From assembly GCF_009914755.1 (NCBI RefSeq), contig NC_060944.1: DNA of 64,000 nt; one strand, 5' to 3'. A program made the translations under genes and the position numbers. Position 1 is the stretch's first letter; every line of letters begins with the position of its first letter. Shown here one piece after another: positions 55,073 to 64,000 of the stretch. The notes under the pieces were generated by a model. The model saw only the letters and a list, made by a program, of their open reading frames with translations, did not search any database and was not told where the DNA came from. The DNA is from the human T2T-CHM13v2.0 reference genome, Homo sapiens.

Positions 55073-56432
55073 GGAACAGCCTATGCAAAGGTTCAGAGAT
55101 CAGAAAAGACATCGTGGAGAAGTGGGTAGTTCGGGCTGGCTGGAACATACAAATTGTAAGGGAGAGGTCAGGGGCTTTAAGGCTGGCCAAGGTGCTACAC
55201 TTCCTTTGAAAATGATGGGGAGCTTCTGATAGTAAACAGCAGAAAATAGTAGGTGTCTTTCAGGCTCCTGCAGGAGGCTGAATTTGAGGGAGAGGAAGTA
55301 TCGTTGCAGGGAAAGTAGCGAGGTGGCAAGGAATTGCAGCCACCTGAGTGAGAGGTGATGAGATTGACCTGGCATGGCAGCCTCAGAGGAGGGGAGGGTG
55401 GATGGATTTGAGGGAGGTTGAGGACGAGACTCCCAGGCTTTGGTGACCAATTGGGTTGGAGGCATGGCGGCGGGAGGCTTTATGGATGATGCTCATGTTT
55501 CTGGCTTTGGACGCTGAACAGTTGTGCAGCCTTCCAAAAGAAGGGAGACAGGCAGAGGGACAGTTTGGGGGAAGTTGCTGAACTTGCTTTGGGCATACTG
55601 ATTTGGAGGATGCCTGGGGGCCATCCAGGAGGAGGCATCGGGGAAGTGTACAGACATGTGGTCAGAGGCTGAGACAACAGATTGGATATGGACAACCACC
55701 CACGACTTTGGAGAAAATGAGTGAAATATTCATTCAACAAATAGCACAGGGGAGCCTGAGACACACTATCTGTTCATGTCTGAATACCTGGCAGTGGGCC
55801 AAGGGCCTGGCTGCTTGTTCAATAAGCCAGGAGGAAGCGCTGGAGCAAGACTTGGAGGGTGGGCTGGGTTCTACCAGGAAGAGACAGGATGAGGGCCCAG
55901 TGGTCAAGTGCGTGAGGCCTGGGTTTAAGTCCAGCTCCTCTGTGTGTTGATTGCAGGGGCCTGGGCCAGATGTTTTCCCTCCCTGAGCCTGTTTCATCTG
56001 AAAATTGGTTATAAGGGACATGGTGAAGCTTCAAAGTTGTGCTTGTGGAAGCAGGTAGCTTGGAGCATGGAGCGGACTTTTGGGGGACAACTTGGGACAC
56101 AGAGAGTCACCCACTTCCTGGTGTGGCAGAGCCACGGGGGATGGGGAGAGAGAAATTAGGATCCGCCTGAAAAACATCCACATCTGTGTCCCATGTGAGA
56201 AAGGAGACCTCGGCTCCCGCCCAGGCTCCCTTTCACCCCCCAGCCTGCTGGAGCTGGCGGGCGGGGGAATCATCTCCATGGAGTGGAGGAGGGGACCAGA
56301 TGACAGAAAACTTCTCCACGTCCCTTGGAGCTGCTGGAGCTGGGTCCTGGCCACCGTCCCAACCCATAGCTCCTGACTCGGGGTCAGGCTGAGATTTGCT
56401 CTTTCTCTGCCTGCTCCATTCAGCTGCAGCGA

Positions 56433-56630
56433 ACAGAGGCTGCAAACTGGAGGCCTCAGGGGCCCAATCTGGCGCCCAAGCCTGTGGGGCTTTCCTCAGC
56501 CCACATAGAATTTTTAAATGAATGAAGCCAATATTTAAGAATCTGTGGGTACTACATAAAAACCTGTGTTTTGATTCCCTCTGGAAAATCAGGGCACGGA
56601 GCATCCGATCATATTGGGCCCTGTTCTCTA
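56433..56630 (-). mobile_element. MER102-like hAT element
   Basis: 'cagaggctgcaaactggaggcc...gccaatatttaagaatc...acataaaaacctg'. Confidence 0.55.
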
Positions 56631-59226
56631 GGGACCACCATCAACCGGAGCTGAGAGGCGACTGTCTTCAGACAAGGCATGTGCCCCAGTCCCCACCACT
56701 CCCTCTTGTCTCTCTGATGCTGAGGCCAAGGAATAGTAGCTATTTATCATCTTACCCCAGCCCACTCTGCTCATTTTAAATTCCTGCCTGGTCCCTGGTG
56801 ACACAGTTTTCAACCCCAGAGCCAGTCTCTTTTTCCTCTAAAACCACCCAGACTTTGGCCCTGGTTCTAGGCCTGAATTGGCTTCCCAAGAACCCCAGTC
56901 TCTGAGCTCCTCAGGGTCATGGTTTACCTTTCCTTCTGCCCCACAAGGCCCAGCACCACCCCCGGGGGACGATGACGGGCTGAGACTTGGCTGGTGTTGG
57001 GGGGCCGGCTGGGCCTGTGGGAGGCAGACCCACATGTGCTCTGAGATGTGTCAGCTGGGCCTGGTCACACTCTCTGCGGCTCATCCCTGAGGCATGTGGA
57101 ACCAGGCGCTGTGCTCGTGGCCCAGCCAGGGTGGTAGGCGGGGCCAGGCCCGGGACATGGTGTATGTCAAGGCCACGCACAACAGGCCTGATGTTCCAGC
57201 CGCAAACACATTGGTTGGAAAGAGGAAAGGAGGAGGGAGAGGCAGAGCCGCTTTAAAGACAGTACCCAAAATACAGAGGCAGAAAGAGCCGAACTCACAC
57301 TGTAAGTTGCTGTGTGACCTTGGGCACGTCACCTCACCTCTCTGAGCCTCTAGCTTAAGATAGAACTAAGGACAGACCCCAGCTTGCAGCCTCGTGGGCA
57401 TATGCAGTGGTACAGTGGCTGATGTGGGGCCTAATGCCTAGAAGGGCAGCCTGGAATGGAGGCAAAAATCACAGACTTTGGGGCCAGATGAGGTTGCCAC
57501 TTGTGAGCTGGGTGACCCTGGGCAGGTCGCTTCTCCATCTGCATCCCCAGGGAAGGTCCTCACCAAGTTATTCTGCCAAAAAAAGAATCCATTCACCGAA
57601 CAAATATTTATTGGGCAATTCCTGTGGGTCAGGCGCTGGGGACATGGCAGGACATAGGACGGTCAAAGGTCTCTGCCCCCGTGGAGTTCACACTTGTGGA
57701 GAGAGCAGGCAATACACAAGATAAATAAGTTGCATATTGCATTTGAGAAGATCCATGCTAGGGAGAGAAATGAAGCAGGAAAAGGAGATGGGATTTCAAT
57801 GGGCGGGGCAGGAACAGCCTGGTGAGCAGGTGACAGCTGACAACGATCTGTAGGAGGTGAGGGAGGGAGCCGCGGGGAGGGGAGAGTGTTCCAGGCAGTG
57901 GGAACGGTGCACAGGCCCTGAGTGGGGGCTGTGGCTGTTGTGTTTGGGGTGTAGCAAAGAGGCCAGTGTGTGGAACAGGGTGAGCGAGGGAGAGAGACTA
58001 GGAGGACGTGAGGGCCAAGAGGCCGTGGGGGGCGGATCCTGCAGGGCCACGTGGGCTGTTAAAGGACTTTGGCTTTTTCTCTGCAGGACATGGGAGTCAT
58101 GGAGGGTTCTGAGCATAGAAGGGACGTGGTCTGACTTCAGTTTTCATGGATCCCTCTGGCTGCAGTGGAGAATGGGCTGGAGGGGCCAGGGCCAGGACAG
58201 AGGCAGGGGGGATAGTGGGGAGGTGATGGCAATAGTCCACCCTCTGTTTAGTGATCCTGGTCCTTCCCCGCTCTAAAGCCTTCCTGACTTCCCATCGCCT
58301 CTGGACAAAGCTCAAACTCCTTAGCGTGACATTCAAGGCCCGCTTACCTGACTCTAGCTGCTCCCTGCCCCGGCTCCTCACTCTCCACAGCATCCCAACC
58401 AGATATCCTTCCTTCCCTGCTCCACATGCGGTCCACCTTTGCCCGTGCTGTTTCCTCTGCCAGGAATGCCCTTCCTGTCCCCCTTTGTGACCCAGTTCAT
58501 GTAAGGCTGAGTCCCACCAAGCTAGGAGATAGAAAAGGAAGGAATAGAGGAAAGGCTGTTCCTGGGGAGGGTCAGGGAGGGCCAGGTTTCGGCTCCCCTC
58601 TTCTTCCTGGAATTCATCCTCCATGGCCTCCGCAGCTGAGGGCAGGCTCAGGAGCTGGGAGTGGGGCTGTAGCCCACACGACCATGCTGTGTGACCTTGG
58701 GCAAGTCACCCACCCTCTCTGGGCCTTGGCTTTTCTGCTCTGTAAAATGGGGAGGATCCTGGAGCTCCTCATGGTGGTTCTGTGCACCCAAGGGCTGTGG
58801 CAACTGTGGGAATAATGGCATCCTGGGGAAGACATAACTGCACTTCCTTGCCCAGCCACGACAGGCCAGCTCAGGGTGGCCCTGAGCTGATGCTAGGGGT
58901 AGCTTGCAGGAGGGGTGCCCTCTGAAGCCCTGAGCATCTCCAGTTCAGTCACCCCTGAGTGACCTGAGCACCTACAGTGTGTCCAGCCCCAGCACTGTGC
59001 TTGAGCACGGACAGAGGCCAGACAGCCTGGTTTCAAATCCCAGCTCTGTCACTTCCTAGCTGTGTGATCTGGGCAAGTAATGTAACCCAGCTGGGCCTTG
59101 GTTTCTCACCTGTGACATGGGGACAGTAAGAGTGCTCTCCTCCTGGGAAGCTCAAAGAAGCCAGTGTGCTCCTATAAATACCATGCTCAGTGCGTGGAGG
59201 AAGCAGCTTATCAAGGCCAACTAGCA

Positions 59227-59228
<2 letters not shown>

Positions 59229-59266
<38 letters not shown>

Positions 59267-59272
59267 TATTAT
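59229..59272 (+). repeat. (ATT)n microsatellite at a MIR tail
   Basis: Directly visible. Confidence 0.95.
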
Positions 59273-59437
59273 CACCACTGTCATTTCCTGGCTTTGTGGC
59301 CTCAGGCATCACTTGCTTCACTGTGCCTCAGTTTTCTCCTCTGTGAGATGGGGTAATAGTCCCACCTTCGAAGAGTTGCCATGAGGACTGAGCCTGACGC
59401 ATGTAAATGAGCCTGGAGCAGAGTAGGTACTCTGTGA

Positions 59438-59741
<304 letters not shown>

Positions 59742-62067
59742 TCAGTCTGTAATTTCTTAAGAAAAACATTTCAAATGCAGAATTTATTTTATTCACTACC
59801 ATAAGTCATCACTGATATATGAATAGTCCCTATGAAATCCTTTGTTATTCCTCTAGTCAGACAAATGCTCGTTTGGTTTAATCTGACTTAACAAATTAAC
59901 GAGATGAGGAAGAAAATTCCAGGCCTTGGGACATTCACTGAAGCCCAACCAGGCACCAAGAGACACATGTCCTTCTAGTCCTTCTAATGAAGAGTGGAGG
60001 AAGATCAACACGATCCTTATTTACACTTCAAGTCATTATGACTCTGCAGCTGGGTGACCTTGGGCAAGTCCCTTCCCTTCTCAGACCCTGAGTCTCTTCT
60101 TTCCTAAAATAAGTGTGATAGCTTCCTACCTGCCCTGTCTAGCTCACAGGATTATGGTCTGGCTCCAAGACATCACGGCTATCATTTATTAAGTCCCTCC
60201 TGTATGCAAAGTCCCTCTCCCTGACCACCCTGCCTCCTTCCAGGAGGGAACTGGATGCTGCTTGTTTTCAGGACAGGACAGTGAGGCTGGGGAGGTGGCG
60301 GAGGATGCTGCCCAGGGAGAGGAGGAAGTAGGGGGCTGGGGCTGGCTGGGCTGACGCAGCTGTGATGTCAGACACCCGCCACAGGCAGCCGGCCCAGTGC
60401 TAACTGTGCGCTCTCTGCTGGTCTGGCCTGGCGCCTGCCCCCTCCTCCCCCCGCCACCCCCCTTAACCCCTTCCCGGCCTCCTCTTCCCAGACGGCCATC
60501 CCCCAGGCCCAGCCTTGCCCACAAGATTCCCAGATTTCACAACTGGGGCTGGCGCTGAATCATGTACAGTAAGTCCGGGGAGAGAAACTCCCGGCTGCCT
60601 GGCGTCCCCGGGACAGGACAGCTGCCAAGCCTGCCCTCCCTCCCAGGGGCCCACCGGCAGCCAGGGATCATCCCCTCTGGGCCCCTGACCAGCTAGGGGG
60701 TGATGGGCGAGACACACAACCTCCCTTGGCTGTGCCAGGGATCAAGGGACCGTGTGGTTTCCAGGGAACCTTCAGGCTCTGGAGGGATAGGGGCAGGCCA
60801 GGGTGGTGGGAGAGGGGTCGAAGTGGCCTTGTATTCAACCACGGCCTGCCACCAAATCACTGGTGACCTGGAGCAGTCCCTAACTGTAACTCTAAGTTAC
60901 GGTTTCCTTATCTGGAAAGTGGGGATAATCACAGCCCTGACCTCACAGGTGGCTGGAAGGTCTCTGAGAAGATCTGTGTACAGTGCTTACCGCAGGAAGC
61001 GCCCAATAAATATTATTATTATTGTTGTGACGTCGAGCTGGTCATGACACGCTTTAAGACCCTGGAGAAATCATCCAGTTCTTTGGAGGACGTCTCCCCT
61101 GAAACACCCACCCCTCCCGCGGTGATACAAATTACATCTTATCTTTTCAAAACTTCTTCAGTACATCAGCAAACATTTATTGAGCACCACTGTGTTCCGT
61201 GCCTGCTACCAGGTCCTGGAGATACAGCAGTGGACAAAACAGAAAGACATTTAAAAGCCCTCTGTTCTCGTGGAGCCTGTATTCTAGCTGAGGAGAATCA
61301 GACATTTGAGGTCATTTCAGTAAGTGAGCAGGGCTCCAAAGGAAATAAAGCAGAAGGTGCGATGGAGAGAGCCTGGGAGGTCCCCTCTGATGGGGTGACA
61401 TTTGAACAGAAGCCCCAACAAAGAGGAGAAGCCCACGTGCAAAGGCAGGGGGTGGGAAACGGTGCTCCAGGCAGAGGGAACCGCAGGTGCTAAGGCCAGG
61501 CTGTGGGATCCTCTTGTTGAAGGCTCAGCAAGGGCAGTGTGGCTGGAGCAGAGGGAGTGAGTGAGGGGCAGAGGGGTGGGAGGTGAGCTTAGTGGGGCCC
61601 CCACCCTGGAGCAGCTCTCCTAATGCCAGGCTCTTCCTGAAAGTGGCCACCTGGTGCCTGACTTCTACCTGTAGGGGCAGCCACCTGACAAGGGCCCAGC
61701 TTCTTCCCATCCGGGGTCCCAAGGCCCCGGAGCTGCCTGCTCACAGTAGAAAGCCTCATTCCCAGGAACCCCACGGAGGGCCAGGCTCCCCGCCCCTGCC
61801 CTTTGCTCAGGCTGCCGCTGGGACTCCCCTGCCCCTCCCGGAGGATGTGACCCTCCCTGCCTCTCAGCCGCTCAGAGTGTGGGCATCTGCATCTCGGAGT
61901 CTCAGTGTGCCCACCTGTGAGATGGGCACCATGTTGCCTCAGGGAGGGAGTAAAAGGAGGAAGGGAGCTCTGGCCTTAGTATCTGTCCCCTGAACCCTGG
62001 AAGAAGGAAAACATCGGGGCTCACTGGGGACCAGGCTGTGCGTTCATAGCTGGACGGAGAGCTCAGG

Positions 62068-62132
62068 CGTGTGTATGTGCGTGTGTGCATGTGTGTGCAT
62101 CTGCGTGTGTGTGCATGTGTGTGTGTGCACGT
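62068..62132 (+). repeat. (TG)n/(TGCA) alternating purine-pyrimidine repeat
   Basis: Directly visible. Confidence 0.9.
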
Positions 62133-62319
62133 ATGGGGTGGGGGAGACGGGGGTGGCATCAAGACCCAGGAGCCACAAGAGTGAGGAAGAGGGAAGGGGT
62201 GGGCTTCCAGGGACAGGAGGCAGTCAGAGCCTGGTTCTGGCGCCCAAGTGGGGATTGGGGCAGGGGGGATAAGAGGCCTGCCCTCCCTCCTGGGGGCCCA
62301 GCGGCAGCCAGGGATGATT

Positions 62320-64000
62320 TCCTGGGATGTTTTAAAAATCATTTATTTCTAGAAAAGTCTTTCATCATTTCCCTTCAGGTCACGGAGGCTGAGATGGCTG
62401 ACGGGGTAGGTGGCTGTGGCCTGATGTGTCACTTTTGGCCTCAAACTGAGGCAATGGGGACGAAGTGGCTGCGAGGCGCAGTATCTGGCATATGTGTGAG
62501 AAACAACCACAGTGCCCTGGGGAGGGGCCACGTCCTCACCCCGCACTGCCAGGGTCTCAGCGTGTCTCCCAAAGGTCATGTGGGCCTTTAAGAGGTGGTT
62601 GGGTCCTGAGAGCTCTGCCCTTATGAATGGATTAGTATCATTATTGCAGGAGTGGCTTCATGATGGAGAGAGTGGATTTGTCATGAAAGTGAGTTCGGCC
62701 ATTCCTTGCTGTCTCACGTGCCACCTCTTGCCATGGGATGCCCTCGCCATGGGATGACAGCAAGAAGGCCCTTGCTTGAGTGAGCCCCTCCATCTTCGGC
62801 TCTCCGGCCTCCAGGACTGTTAGAAATACATCTCTGTTCTTTGTAAATTACCCAGGCTGTAGTACTCTGTTATAGCAACACAAAACAGACTAAGACACTA
62901 CTATGTAGATGAAGAAACAGGCCCAAGAGGTGAGGAGTGTTGTCCAGGTCTTCTGGCCAGAGGAGCGGCAGAGATGGGATTTCAACCCTGGGACTGTGTG
63001 GCTTGTGACCACTCCTAGCTTCAGCCCTGCCCGGTGCTGAGGGGTTTGGGGCCAGAACGATGGCCAGATGTTTGGGCACACTGGGCCCTACCCACCTGGA
63101 AAGAGGCTGGCCTGGGGTTGAATGAGAACCAGAAGTGACTCAGGCTAGGACCCCTCTGCACCCTCCCTCAGGCCGTGGGTAATTACCTGCCCAGGTTAAT
63201 AGCGCCCACTTCCCGCCACCTTTCATCAAGGCTCCTGGAGCTGCCAGGCAGTAATTAACCCTCACAGCACCCTTCTGAAGTCAGCACTGGAGGCAGACGT
63301 GTGATGAAACACGTTTATTACAGGTAGGTAAACTGAGGCAGAACCCATTGCAGCCTGGGAGCCTAGCCTGTTGTTCCCCTGTGACTCAGCAGCTCAATCA
63401 ATCTCTGCTTTCTTCCCACAGGAAGCACCAGTTAGCCCAGATGCTTCTCATCTTTGGAGTTGAGCTGCAGGCTGGAGACCTGGAAGGCCCTCGCAGCGCC
63501 TGCTCCCATCCTCTCACCTCACGAAAGCGCAGGAATGTGGGTTTGGAGCCAATGAAAAGTACTGGAATCTGGCTCTGCTCTGTGACCCTGGACAAGTCAC
63601 TGCCCCTCTCTGGGCTTCAGTTTCCTCCTTGGTAACACAGAATGATTATACCTACCCCTTGGGTTTGTTGACCTGAATCTACCCCTCAGTCATTGCCTTT
63701 CCTTCTTGCTGCAGCCACACTGGCCCCTTGACAGTTCCTTGAACACAACAAGCCCTTTCCCACCTCAGGGCCTTTGCATGTGCAGTGCCAGATGCCTGGA
63801 ATGTCCTTCCTTCCAATCTCCCCATGGCCGGCTCATTCTCATCTTTCTTGGCTCAAATGTTACCTCCCCAACCTAGACAGCACCGCTGCCACCTCTTCAC
63901 CCCGTCTTACTCTTCTTCAAGCACTTCTGGAGGTATCTTGCTATTTATCTTGTTTATATCTTTTTCAGCTCCATGAGGGCAGGGGATTTTGTCTGTTTCA
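62320..64000 (-). ncRNA. LINC01271: Possible 3' end of LINC01271, antisense to LINC01270
   Basis: Recalled gene order only, plus a minus-strand AATAAA (tttatt at 62342-62347). Confidence 0.3.
62547..62897 (+). mobile_element. MST-family MaLR solo LTR
   Basis: TG start 'tgccagggtctcagcgtgtctcccaaaggtcatgtg'; 'gcccttatgaatggattag'; end 'gttatagcaacacaaaacagactaagaca'. Confidence 0.85.

Overview
This is human/primate euchromatic DNA: GC-rich and dense in Alu, MIR, L2, L1M, hAT-MER and ERVL/MaLR repeats, with no prokaryotic features, CRISPR or conventional protein-coding gene. From sequence memory and gene spacing (no database search) I recognise it as the chr20q13.13 lncRNA/enhancer interval downstream of CEBPB. 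It contains PELATON (LINC01272/SMIM25; + strand, three exons at ~19.17-19.37, 27.35-27.44 and 29.19-31.49 kb), the 5' part of LINC01270 (from ~44.4 kb, +) and possibly the 3' end of LINC01271 (-, ~62.3 kb onward). Almost all six-frame ORFs are repeat-derived or chance ORFs. Best signals: (1) a spliced 324-codon ORF in PELATON, invisible to the ORF track, whose AUG comes from a MIR and whose body is partly L2, with a uORF and a possible frame-switching internal intron; (2) two STAT GAS sites exactly 21 bp apart, formed by a short duplication, at the LINC01270 promoter; (3) a 109-nt exon-like unit followed directly by ~250 nt of UG repeats, resembling a TDP-43-repressed cryptic exon; (4) an ATF4-CARE plus NRF2-ARE cluster at 63.2-63.4 kb; (5) an Alu carrying a micro-inversion with an 18-bp duplication. 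I found no convincing wholly new biological system; these are testable hypotheses. Repeat boundaries and subfamily calls are by eye and approximate.
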